Source: a virus. From it: a stretch of 64,000 nt of DNA. The notes beneath the pieces were generated by a model. That model saw only the letters and a list, made by a program, of their open reading frames with translations. It made no database searches and was not told the origin of the DNA. Below, one piece after another: positions 48,170 through 57,151 of the stretch; position 1 is the first letter of the stretch, and each line of letters begins with the position of its first letter. The stretch spans positions 1 through 64,000 of IMG/VR virus record IMGVR_UViG_3300028197_000982; one strand, written 5' to 3'. Made by a program: the position numbers and the translations under genes.

Positions 48170-49166
48170 ATCAAAAAGTATATCTAAAGCAAATCTTACT
48201 AAGCCGGCTATAACAACTAAACCGGTTGGAGTACAGAGCAATATAGCTGTTACTAAAAAAGAGAGGGAATATTTTAAAAAATTTACTTCATTAAATCCTA
48301 CGGCCGAACCTTTACCACAAGGAGAAGGTACTATAAGAATATCTCCCTTTGATGATTATATTATTTTTACTCTATTTGATGAGACAGGTGAAAATGGTGA
48401 TTTAGCAGATACACCAATTGATTTAAGTAATGTAGGAACTCTTACTTTGGTGTTCGTAGGTGAAAATGATGAAATAAGAGTACCTAATTGGACACAGGTA
48501 AGTGAAGTAGATCTTTCACAAGGTCAGGTTTTATTTAGAATAAGTAAAGAAGATTCTAAAAAGATCTTAGCATTAGATAATCAGAATTTTTATGTTTCTA
48601 CTAGAATGGAAGATGAAAATGGTATTAGTGATGAAAGCGTACTGTACACGGGAACGTTTTTAACTTTACAAGATGAGGCTGAGCAAACAATGACTGCTAA
48701 GTTTAATGAACAAGCATTAATATATTCTCAAGAGTTAGCTAAATTACAAGCCGAGATAAAAAGATTAAATAAAGAGTTGGCTAATATGATATCTTTAGAT
48801 GAAGAACAGATAGCATTAATTGCAAGATTAGAATCATCAAATTTAGAATTAACTAACCAAGTAGCAACTTTATCAGAACAGTTAGGAAGTACTGAATCTG
48901 AATTAGCATTAAAGACTGCTCAGTTGGTCGCAAAACGAGCGGAAGAACTAAAAAGAAAGCGAGCACAAATACAAGCAATACAGAAAAAGAATACCAAGGC
49001 TAGAACAAAGGGAAAACTAAAACGCTATTATAAACAAGCAGCTGGTACTTTACAACAGTATAATACACAACCTGCTCCTCTTGCTGATTTCAATAATGAT
49101 GGGGTAATTAACATAATAGATCGTCAAATTGGAGAGATGATAAGAGACAACAACAATAGGAGATAA
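48150..49166 (+). CDS. Probable structural protein with long coiled coil
   Basis: Beta domain followed by a ~100-aa coiled coil and a DFNNDGVINIID loop. Confidence 0.6.
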   Translation: MAAQQNKSKSISKANLTKPAITTKPVGVQSNIAVTKKEREYFKKFTSLNPTAEPLPQGEGTIRISPFDDYIIFTLFDETGENGDLADTPIDLSNVGTLTLVFVGENDEIRVPNWTQVSEVDLSQGQVLFRISKEDSKKILALDNQNFYVSTRMEDENGISDESVLYTGTFLTLQDEAEQTMTAKFNEQALIYSQELAKLQAEIKRLNKELANMISLDEEQIALIARLESSNLELTNQVATLSEQLGSTESELALKTAQLVAKRAEELKRKRAQIQAIQKKNTKARTKGKLKRYYKQAAGTLQQYNTQPAPLADFNNDGVINIIDRQIGEMIRDNNNRR

Positions 49167-49183
49167 TTTAAGTTTTATAAGAT

Positions 49184-49738
49184 ATGATATTAAGTGCAAG
49201 AAATAACCAATTTAAATTTGAATTCCCTAGAAATTTTATACCTAAGGAAATTTCAAATAAATATAAACCATATTTAAATAGAATGCCAGGTTCAATGATT
49301 AAAGAACCTATCGACTATTTTAATTATGGTATACAGTCAATGAATCTACCAGGTCCTAGTTTTGATCCTGTATCACAAAATGATTTTCCAGGTAATACTA
49401 GAAGGTTTAGAACAAGTTTGCCTAAACAAGAATTATTTGATAAAGAACTAACAATAACAATGCAAGCCTTTGATGGTTGGGTAAATTATTGGATGGCTAT
49501 TGAGGTATTTGATTATTATTATGAGCAGAGTGGAAAAAATCCATTCGTACCTGAAGGTATAGGTTTACAGATGATTGATGGTGATGGAAATATTTTTGTT
49601 ACATGTCAATTAAAAGATATGATTATGACAGGTGTTAGTGCACTAGATTTAAACTTCTCAAGTAACACAATAGAATTCCAGACTTTTGAAATTAATTTTA
49701 CTTATAACATTTTAGAAACTGTAGTTAATCTTGTCTAA
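49184..49738 (+). CDS. Tail tube terminator / tube-fold protein (gp3-like)
   Basis: IQSMNLPGPSFDPV...ELTITMQ...VSALDLNF...FEINFTY. Confidence 0.65.
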   Translation: MILSARNNQFKFEFPRNFIPKEISNKYKPYLNRMPGSMIKEPIDYFNYGIQSMNLPGPSFDPVSQNDFPGNTRRFRTSLPKQELFDKELTITMQAFDGWVNYWMAIEVFDYYYEQSGKNPFVPEGIGLQMIDGDGNIFVTCQLKDMIMTGVSALDLNFSSNTIEFQTFEINFTYNILETVVNLV

Positions 49739-49761
49739 TATATAAACAAATAGAAAGAGCA

Positions 49762-50118
49762 ATGAAAACATTTAAAGATTACCTTAACGAGGATCATAAT
49801 GAATCTATAGATATACAAAGTTTATTGAATGAATCTTATGATTTAACAGAAGAACAAGAAACCGCAATAGATAATGCAGTTGATAGAATTATGGAAGAAC
49901 ATAATAACGGAAAAGATTTAGAAGTTATTATGGAAGAAATAATTAATGAAGGTATTTTAGGATCTGTTTTAGGTGGTCTTACTGGTTTTGCTTTAGGTAA
50001 ATCCGTAGGAAAGGCTATTGCAAAAGTACTAGGTATTCAAAAAGGAGCCTTATATGATTTATTAACCAGTCGATTAATTGGTGCTGCATTAGGAGCAGTG
50101 TTAGGTAAAAGACTTTAA
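49762..50118 (+). CDS. Putative head-internal protein: acidic pro-region plus glycine-zipper hydrophobic C-terminus
   Basis: MKTFKDYLNE start; GILGSVLGGLTGFALG...LIGAALGAVLG; TAATATATA at 49736-49744. Confidence 0.7.
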   Translation: MKTFKDYLNEDHNESIDIQSLLNESYDLTEEQETAIDNAVDRIMEEHNNGKDLEVIMEEIINEGILGSVLGGLTGFALGKSVGKAIAKVLGIQKGALYDLLTSRLIGAALGAVLGKRL

Positions 50119-50128
50119 TTCAATATAA

Positions 50129-50794
50129 TTGATTTACACAGGTATAGATTTTTCTCTTAATAGTCCAGGTACATGTACACAGGACCATAAAGGTAAATAC
50201 ACGTTTATTACATTCTTTAATTACGGTAATAGAATATGGGATGAAGAAGGTAGAAAGATACCTAAGTCATTTTCGGTTCATAAAGAATTAATGGACAATA
50301 AAACAATATTAGGGTTTCCTTATTATAGACAAGTAAAGGATAAGGACTTTTTACTTAGGGAAAGAGAAAAACTCACAGATGGCCAAAACATAGCCGACTT
50401 AATTTCAAATATTTTAATAACATTATATGGAACCGATGAGCATAAGATTGCATTAGAAGGATTTTCTTATGGATCAAAAGGAAACTCATTCATAGATATT
50501 GTTCAGTATAATACATTTTTAAGAAATGAAATAGTTAATGCATGGGGTGTAGAAAATATTTCAATTTATCAACCGTCACATGTTAAGAAATTGGCAGGTA
50601 AAGGTAATGCAAATAAACATTATATGGTAAAGGCGTTCCAAGACGATGTTTTTAACGATAAAGATTTAAGGAAAACAGATTTATGGAAATGGACTCAAGG
50701 TAAAGACTTTACAGAAAAGATTCCTAAACCGATAGATGACTTAGTAGATGCGTACTTTATATTAAATGCGAATAAAGAAAAAGGGTGGTCATAG
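50129..50794 (+). CDS. RuvC-like Holliday junction resolvase / RNase H-fold nuclease
   Basis: GIDFSLNSPG, IALEGFSY, PSHVKKLAGKGNANK, DDLVDAY. Confidence 0.8.
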   Translation: MIYTGIDFSLNSPGTCTQDHKGKYTFITFFNYGNRIWDEEGRKIPKSFSVHKELMDNKTILGFPYYRQVKDKDFLLREREKLTDGQNIADLISNILITLYGTDEHKIALEGFSYGSKGNSFIDIVQYNTFLRNEIVNAWGVENISIYQPSHVKKLAGKGNANKHYMVKAFQDDVFNDKDLRKTDLWKWTQGKDFTEKIPKPIDDLVDAYFILNANKEKGWS

Positions 50795-50801
50795 AAATAC
50801 T

Positions 50802-50858
50802 TTATACATTAAAACCACTAAATACTTTAAGTCTAGTAATTACATACTTCTCTTTCAT
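50802..50858 (-). CDS. Possible 18-aa micro-ORF MKEKYVITRLKVFSGFNV
   Basis: Lies downstream of a minus-strand TGAAAC-N18-TATAAA motif (50872-50901) in an intergenic gap. Confidence 0.3.
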   Translation of the reverse strand: MKEKYVITRLKVFSGFNV

Positions 50859-50908
50859 TAATTTAGTATATTTTATATATAGAGTTTAGAAATTAGTTTC
50901 AGATAATT

Positions 50909-51175
50909 ATGATAAAAGCAATAAAAAATAGAATATTTATTAAAAAAGATGAACTACCTGAGAAAATAGGTAACATTTATGTACCAAAAACCGAAGGGCA
51001 GTATGCTCCTCCTTACTCAGGAACTATCATTTCCGTTGGTGGTGACATAGAAGATACTGATTATAAAGTAGGCTCCCGAGTACTATTTCATGATTTAGCA
51101 GGAACTGAGTTTAAGTATAATGATGATACTATATTCAGTATTAGAGAAAATGATGTAACTGCTATTTTACAATAA
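50909..51175 (+). CDS. groES: Co-chaperonin GroES
   Basis: IKAIKNRIFIK, GNIYVP, GTIISVG, KVGSRVLF, IRENDVTAIL. Confidence 0.9.
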   Translation: MIKAIKNRIFIKKDELPEKIGNIYVPKTEGQYAPPYSGTIISVGGDIEDTDYKVGSRVLFHDLAGTEFKYNDDTIFSIRENDVTAILQ

Positions 51176-51192
51176 AAAAGTTTTATTTAGTC

Positions 51193-51222
51193 TGAAACTA
51201 AATAGAGATATGAATATATAAT
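51193..51222 (+). promoter_or_regulatory. Overlapping class M (TGAAAC-N18-TATAAT) and late (GAATATATA, 51212-51220) motifs
   Basis: About 150 nt upstream of the SSB gene. Confidence 0.6.
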
Positions 51223-51254
51223 AAACAAAGGAACTGATATTATTGGTGACTTTT

Positions 51255-51377
51255 AAATGGCATATAACAAGGCAAAGTATATTGGCAATACCCGGGCAAA
51301 TTAAAAATAGGCAATGCTTTGTTATGGCTTTAATTAAATAAATAACAAACAAATAAAAAAGGCAAATTAAAATGGCA
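51255..51377 (+). promoter_or_regulatory. Structured, GGCA-repeat 5' leader of the SSB gene
   Basis: GGCA at 51259, 51271, 51284, 51295, 51310, 51361 and 51374; stem 51264-51274/51315-51325. Confidence 0.5.
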
Positions 51378-52289
51378 AATGAATTCGACATTTTCAGTGT
51401 TAGCGTCAAGGACCTAGACACTGGAGACAGACCGCAAACAACAAGCGATCTTTACACACCAAAACCTGATCAAGGTTCAGACGGTACTTACCGTTCACTA
51501 ATTAGGTTTCTACCTAATGTTAAAAATCCACGCAAACCTTTCGTTCGTAAATATGTCTACTGGTTAGAAGACAGAGATGGGAACGGCTTTTACGTAGACT
51601 CACCTTCAACAGTTGGAGATAAATGTTCTGTACAGGATATGTTCTTTAAACTTAGAAATTCTGAATCTGCTGTAGACAAAAAGATGTCAGAAGGGCTAAA
51701 GCGTAGAGAAGTATTTTATGCATTAGTACAGATCGTAAAAGATCCACAAAACAGAGATCTTGAAGGTCAGGTTAAAATCATGAAATTTGGTTATAAAATT
51801 AAAACCAAAATTGATGAGGAATTAAATCCACAGTTTGATGAACCAACTCAAGTATTCGATCCTTTTGAAGGAAAGAATTTTGAATTAGTAATTTCAAAGA
51901 AAGGTGGTTATCCTAACTATGATTCTTGTAAATTTCAAGGAAGTAAATCGGCAATGACGATTAACGAAGAAGCGGTAACTGCTGATGATGCAGGTAGAAC
52001 TGCTATTCTTGATTTTATTAAAGATGCTCCAGAGTTAAGTAATTTTGATTATAGACCATGGACTGATGATCAAAGAACTAAAGTAATGGGTGTTCTTTCA
52101 CAATTCAGTAATCCAGGATCTTCAATAGAAACTGTAACAAGAAAGCAATCTGCACCTGAACCTGTAAAAGCTGAAGCCGCTGCAACTAAAGTAACGGAAA
52201 CCGCAACAGCACCAGTAACAGAAACCAAAACCGAAGATTCTTCTAAGGGAGATGATTTCGATGATTTTATTAATGGATTAGACCTTTAA
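51372..52289 (+). CDS. gp32: Single-stranded DNA-binding protein (T4 gp32-like)
   Basis: LIRFLP, GQVKIMKFGYKI, FDPFEGKNFEL, GYPNYDSCKF, acidic tail DDFDDFINGLDL. Confidence 0.92.
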   Translation: MANEFDIFSVSVKDLDTGDRPQTTSDLYTPKPDQGSDGTYRSLIRFLPNVKNPRKPFVRKYVYWLEDRDGNGFYVDSPSTVGDKCSVQDMFFKLRNSESAVDKKMSEGLKRREVFYALVQIVKDPQNRDLEGQVKIMKFGYKIKTKIDEELNPQFDEPTQVFDPFEGKNFELVISKKGGYPNYDSCKFQGSKSAMTINEEAVTADDAGRTAILDFIKDAPELSNFDYRPWTDDQRTKVMGVLSQFSNPGSSIETVTRKQSAPEPVKAEAAATKVTETATAPVTETKTEDSSKGDDFDDFINGLDL

Positions 52290-52293
52290 TAAT

Positions 52294-53367
52294 ATGGGAA
52301 CGGAAGTAGTAATATCTTCTGAAATGAAAGCTCGGATCATCGATAAGGTGGTCCGAGTTCTTCACCTTAACCATTCTCATCCAGAAAAAAGGAGAATGTT
52401 GGAAAGTAAGGAAAGGTTAAATTTTGCATGCCCTTACTGTGGAGATTCAACAGATTCAGTAAGAAAGAAAAGAGGTAATCTTTATTGGAATAATTTACAT
52501 TTTCATTGTTACAATTGCTCCGCGCATGAAAGCTTAGATGTTTTCTTAAAAGATCATAATTTAAATTTTGAAGGTGAAGATAGAATTGATGTTCTTAATT
52601 ACATAAAAGATAACAGTAAAAACTTTTCATTAGGTGAAAGCTTAGAGTTTCATTTATTTGAAAAAGCTAACAATCTTGCATTATCTTTTGATGAAATTGC
52701 ATTAGGTTTTAATGTGTATCCAATAAACTCTTTAACTTATAGGGCATATCCATATTTAAAAAGTAGGCTATTGCATCATAAGACTGAAAAGTTTGGATAT
52801 GATCCAAGACGAAAAGAACTTTATGTCTTTAATTTAAACGGTAAAGAAAAAATTGTAGGATTCCAAGTTAGGGCATTAGATGATAACGGTGGCCCTAAAT
52901 ATAAAACATGGAATATAGAAAGGATATATGATAGATTAAAAAAACCTTTAAATGTAACCGAAGAAGAATTAGATTCTCTAAATAAAATATCAATGATTTT
53001 CGGTATACTTACAACCGATTTAAGCAGGCAGTTTACAGTGTTTGAAGGTCCTATAGATTCTTTCTTTATGACAAATACAATTGGTCTTACTGGTGTTAAA
53101 AAACAAATATTAGATTTTGATGAAATTCCAACGGTTAGGTATTTCTTTGATAATGACATGGAGGGAAAATCTAAAATGATCCAAAAACTAAAAGGCGGTA
53201 ATACTGTTTTTATGTGGGATAAGTTTTTAAAAGATTTTAGAATACCTTCTAAAAAAGTAAAAGATTTAAACGATTTAGTTATGTACGAATACAAGCATAG
53301 GACTGGGTGTTTAAATGAGTTGGATAAATATTTTACAAACAATCATTTAGATCTTATATTTATATGA
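52294..53367 (+). CDS. gp61: DNA primase (gp61-like)
   Basis: Zinc ribbon CPYCGDS...HCYNC; TOPRIM VFEGPIDS, FFDND; KDLND. Confidence 0.9.
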   Translation: MGTEVVISSEMKARIIDKVVRVLHLNHSHPEKRRMLESKERLNFACPYCGDSTDSVRKKRGNLYWNNLHFHCYNCSAHESLDVFLKDHNLNFEGEDRIDVLNYIKDNSKNFSLGESLEFHLFEKANNLALSFDEIALGFNVYPINSLTYRAYPYLKSRLLHHKTEKFGYDPRRKELYVFNLNGKEKIVGFQVRALDDNGGPKYKTWNIERIYDRLKKPLNVTEEELDSLNKISMIFGILTTDLSRQFTVFEGPIDSFFMTNTIGLTGVKKQILDFDEIPTVRYFFDNDMEGKSKMIQKLKGGNTVFMWDKFLKDFRIPSKKVKDLNDLVMYEYKHRTGCLNELDKYFTNNHLDLIFI

Positions 53368-53582
53368 TAAAAAATTATAATGATTTTGTGACTGAACAAT
53401 TTGATGATTTTTATGATGATTTAGAAACTTCTAAGAAAAAACTTAAATTATTTACTAAGTTTAAAAAGATTGAGACTAATGATGTAACTAGTAATTTTTC
53501 TTTACCTCAACCTAAAAAGAAATTTCAACCTAAGATTAAGAATTATAAAAAGAGTAGTAATAATAATAAAGGAATATTTTAA
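53364..53582 (+). CDS. Small basic protein with CTS-like N-terminus
   Basis: MIKNYNDFVTE; overlap-coupled on both sides. Confidence 0.6.
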   Translation: MIKNYNDFVTEQFDDFYDDLETSKKKLKLFTKFKKIETNDVTSNFSLPQPKKKFQPKIKNYKKSSNNNKGIF

Positions 53583-54031
53583 TGGCATTTGACGATACAC
53601 AAATAAAAGAAGCTAACGAACAGTTAGAAATTAGACTAGGATCTGATAGAACCGATTGGAAAGGAAAAATTAAAGATCTTGTTTCTAAGCTAAAAAATAT
53701 GAATGAGCTAGCCGAATGCCAAGTAAGAATGTTATCATATCGGCAAATTCTTTTAGATAAAGTAACTGATTTTAAAACTACTATATATAAAAGGAATGCT
53801 ACTTGGGATAGGTACTATAAGCAACAATATCGGGAGTATTCAATTAACTATGATGTTAAATTAACAAACGGAGAAAAGCATCAATTTATAAAAGCTGACC
53901 TTTCTTCGTTAAGACAACAAATTGATATGTTACAATCTCATATAGATTATTATTATGAATGTATTAAGACTTTAGATAATATGGCATTTGCAATAAGAAA
54001 TCGAATAAACTTAGATGACAAGGAATTTTAA
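53582..54031 (+). CDS. uvsY: Recombination mediator UvsY-like
   Basis: Helical; YY...FIKADL...IKTLDNMAFAIRNRI; directly upstream of uvsW. Confidence 0.75.
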   Translation: MAFDDTQIKEANEQLEIRLGSDRTDWKGKIKDLVSKLKNMNELAECQVRMLSYRQILLDKVTDFKTTIYKRNATWDRYYKQQYREYSINYDVKLTNGEKHQFIKADLSSLRQQIDMLQSHIDYYYECIKTLDNMAFAIRNRINLDDKEF

Positions 54032-55533
54032 TGGAATTATCTCTTTCTGAAAATAAAAAGTTTTTAGTAATTGATTCATGTACCGAATTGGAATATGAAC
54101 AGTTAAAATCTAGTCTTACTAAGAAAATAGAAGGGTGGCGATTCCATCCCCTAGTAAAGAAAAAGGTATGGGATGGAAATATTTCATTTATTAAAAGAAA
54201 TAAAATTCCTGCAGGATTATGGAAAGAAGTAATAGATATATGTAAACAATATGATTATCAATTTACATTAAATGGAATAACTGATATTTTTGATACTTCA
54301 ATAGATGAAGGTGTATTTAGGTTATGGGTAGATGAATTCTTTTGTAACTCCGAGATTAAGCCTCGTGATTATCAGATAAATGCTGCAATTAAAATTTTAA
54401 AATATAGGAGATGTTTAGCAGAGTTGGCAACTTCCGCCGGTAAAACACTAATCTCATTTATGGTAGTAGCTTACATGATGGAGCAATTAGGAAAGAAGAA
54501 AATTTTAATGATCGTACCTAATGTAAGTTTAGTAGTTCAGGCAAGTGGAGATTTTGAAGAATATAATAAAGGCAGGGTACCTATTAAGATTCAACAAATT
54601 TATGCAGGTGTTAAATTAAGAAAGAGTTCTAATATGGTTATTGGTACTTATCAATCATTAACTAAAAAAGATGAAAAATACTTTAGTCAATTTGATGCCG
54701 TTTTTGTTGATGAAACTCACAAAGCAAAAGCTAATTCAATTCAAAAGATAATGGATAAATGTTGGCATTGTGATTATAGATTTGGGTTAAGTGGAACTAT
54801 TCCTAAAAGAGGAACGGTGAATAGGTTAAGTCTAATGTCTGCAATGGGTCCTTTAGTAACCCAAGTAAAGGCTTCACATTTACAAGAAGAAGGGTTTATA
54901 GCAAAATGTAAAGTATTACAGATCCACATGGACTATGCAACCGATGCACAGAAGGAGGCATTCTCGTCTTTGTCTAAAAACCCATATGATAAACAAAAAT
55001 TATTTAGCTTAGAACAAAATTTTATTAATGAAAGTGAAAAAAGACTAGATTTTGTTTGCCAAGTAATAAAAAAATCCACATCTAATTCATTAGTGTTATT
55101 TCATAAAATTGCATACGGTGAAAAATTATATAAAAAACTTAGAACAATAACAGATAAGAAAGTATATTATGTAGATGGTTCTGTTAAGTCTGATTTTAGA
55201 GAAGAGTTTAAAAAGAGAATGGAAAAGAATGATGATGTTATAATAGTAGCCTCATACGGTACTTTTTCTACAGGTATATCAATTAAAAATATTCATAACA
55301 TATTTTTTACAGAAAGTTTTAAATCTGAGGTGATTATTAGACAATCTATCGGTAGAGGATTACGAACACACAAAAATAAAGATGTTGTAAAAATATATGA
55401 CTTTATTGACGATTTTAGATATAAAGCAGAAGAGCATGACTGGGTAAATTATATTTATAGGCATGGAATGGAGAGAAGAAAAATTTATAAAGAGGAAAAG
55501 TTTCCTTTTGATGTACAAAACGTCAGATACTAA
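54031..55533 (+). CDS. uvsW: SF2 DNA helicase UvsW
   Basis: WDGNI, PRDYQ, ATSAGKT, DETH, GLSGT, ASYGTFSTGISIKN, QSIGRGLR. Confidence 0.95.
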   Translation: MELSLSENKKFLVIDSCTELEYEQLKSSLTKKIEGWRFHPLVKKKVWDGNISFIKRNKIPAGLWKEVIDICKQYDYQFTLNGITDIFDTSIDEGVFRLWVDEFFCNSEIKPRDYQINAAIKILKYRRCLAELATSAGKTLISFMVVAYMMEQLGKKKILMIVPNVSLVVQASGDFEEYNKGRVPIKIQQIYAGVKLRKSSNMVIGTYQSLTKKDEKYFSQFDAVFVDETHKAKANSIQKIMDKCWHCDYRFGLSGTIPKRGTVNRLSLMSAMGPLVTQVKASHLQEEGFIAKCKVLQIHMDYATDAQKEAFSSLSKNPYDKQKLFSLEQNFINESEKRLDFVCQVIKKSTSNSLVLFHKIAYGEKLYKKLRTITDKKVYYVDGSVKSDFREEFKKRMEKNDDVIIVASYGTFSTGISIKNIHNIFFTESFKSEVIIRQSIGRGLRTHKNKDVVKIYDFIDDFRYKAEEHDWVNYIYRHGMERRKIYKEEKFPFDVQNVRY

Positions 55534-55596
55534 TATAGAATATCTTTCTCATGAGAGATGGATATATAAAAAAAGAATCAAAAAAAGATAATTATA

Positions 55597-57120
55597 ATGA
55601 AACCAATTAAAAAGTTTTCAATGATGACTAAAGCCGAAGATTCAATTAATGAATCGGCAGATGTTAATCACGATGCAGTAATGGATCTCGTTAAAAAGAT
55701 GGGTTACGATAGCGTTGACGAATTAAAGAAAGAAAAAAATCTATTAAGTAAATTAGAAGGTTTACTAAAAGATGTTTCCCCAAAACAAGATATATCTGAA
55801 GATGAGCTAGAAGAAGATCGTGCCGAAGATATAGCCGACGAGGTTAAGAAAAAAGGTACTCCTAAATCTTTAGAAGCCGAAGAAGAAAAAGAAGAAGATA
55901 AAGTTGGTGCAGAAGGCGAAGTCGCTGAAGACGAGGAAATGGAAGATGATGATTTAGTTACTAAAGATCAAGAAATTACTAAAGAAGTTCCTGCTGAAGC
56001 TGATGAAGTAGAAGATGAAGATGGTGTTGAGGTTGCTGCTGAGGAAGAAGAAACTCCAGCTGCTACTCGAAGAATTATGGCATTTGAAGATTTCATTAAA
56101 GAAAAAGAAGTTACAATAAATAAGAATGTCAAATATCACGATGATGATGAAGAGAAAGAAGACTACTCTGTTGTTGCTGCATCTGCCGATGCTATTTCTG
56201 AAGATGATGAAGAAGAAGGCAAGGATGATGAAAAGAAAGGTGATGAGTTAGAAGATAAAGGAGATAAGAAAGTTGATTCTGAAGACGATAAAGAAAAGGA
56301 AGATCATTACAAAGGTGCTGTTAAATCTGATGACTCTGAAATTGACGCATTAAAGAAAGATGTTAAATACGATAAAGAAGAAGAAGATGATGATGATGAC
56401 GATGACGATAAGAATGAATCAAGAATTATGTCATTCTCAAACTTCGTAACAGAAGCTTATGATGTAGATGAAGACAGAGCTGATGATATTGAGGACGAAC
56501 TTAAAAAGAAAGGTACTCCTAAATCTTTAGAAGACGAAAAAGATGAATCCGTTGAAGAAGGTGTTGGTGAAGTAATTACTAAAGTAGAAGGTGATGAAAT
56601 TGCTGATGAAGAAGCAGGTGATGATGGTCTTGCTATTCCTGCAGAAAAAGGTGACGGTTCTGAAACTGCTGCTGGTATCGCTGGAGATATAATGGATATG
56701 GGTAAAGTAAAAGTTCAACCTGAATCAAAAGGTGAAGAATTAGTTACTAAAGACCAAAACGTTACAACTGAAGTAAAAGGTGAAGCTGACGATCTTAAGG
56801 ATGCTACTGAAGTTCCTGCAGAAATGGGCGATGGTTCTGAATCTGCCGCAGGTATTGCTGGAGACATAATGAATATGGGTAAAGTAAAAGCTCAGCCTGA
56901 AGCAAAAGGTGCTGCACTAGTTGGAGAAGCTAAGATTAATGAAAAGGATATTACTTCTGCTGATGAATTTAAAGAATATGCAATGGCAATTCTAAAAGAT
57001 GCATTCGGAGATGATTTTGATGAAACTAAAGCAACTGAAACTGCTGATGGTTTACTTAAGAAGTATGGTGAAGATTACGGCGCAATGGTCGGAGCTTTAC
57101 AATCTACTATGGGATCATAA
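55597..57120 (+). CDS. Highly acidic prohead core/scaffold-like protein with internal repeats
   Basis: Very D/E-rich; duplicated KKKGTPKSLE, LVTKDQ and GDGSE.AAGIAGDIM.MGKVK.QPE; GGATATATA at 55560-55568. Confidence 0.6.
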   Translation: MKPIKKFSMMTKAEDSINESADVNHDAVMDLVKKMGYDSVDELKKEKNLLSKLEGLLKDVSPKQDISEDELEEDRAEDIADEVKKKGTPKSLEAEEEKEEDKVGAEGEVAEDEEMEDDDLVTKDQEITKEVPAEADEVEDEDGVEVAAEEEETPAATRRIMAFEDFIKEKEVTINKNVKYHDDDEEKEDYSVVAASADAISEDDEEEGKDDEKKGDELEDKGDKKVDSEDDKEKEDHYKGAVKSDDSEIDALKKDVKYDKEEEDDDDDDDDKNESRIMSFSNFVTEAYDVDEDRADDIEDELKKKGTPKSLEDEKDESVEEGVGEVITKVEGDEIADEEAGDDGLAIPAEKGDGSETAAGIAGDIMDMGKVKVQPESKGEELVTKDQNVTTEVKGEADDLKDATEVPAEMGDGSESAAGIAGDIMNMGKVKAQPEAKGAALVGEAKINEKDITSADEFKEYAMAILKDAFGDDFDETKATETADGLLKKYGEDYGAMVGALQSTMGS

Positions 57121-57151
57121 CAAATCAATATAAATTATAAAAAACAAAATT

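Noticed and set aside
51167-51421. 84-aa minus-strand ORF across the gp32 leader
   Set aside because: It overlaps gp32 and groES in antisense and has atypical composition; the region is better explained as promoter plus leader.
52821-53342. 173-aa minus-strand ORF
   Set aside because: Antisense to the primase TOPRIM region, with no start signals or recognisable motifs.
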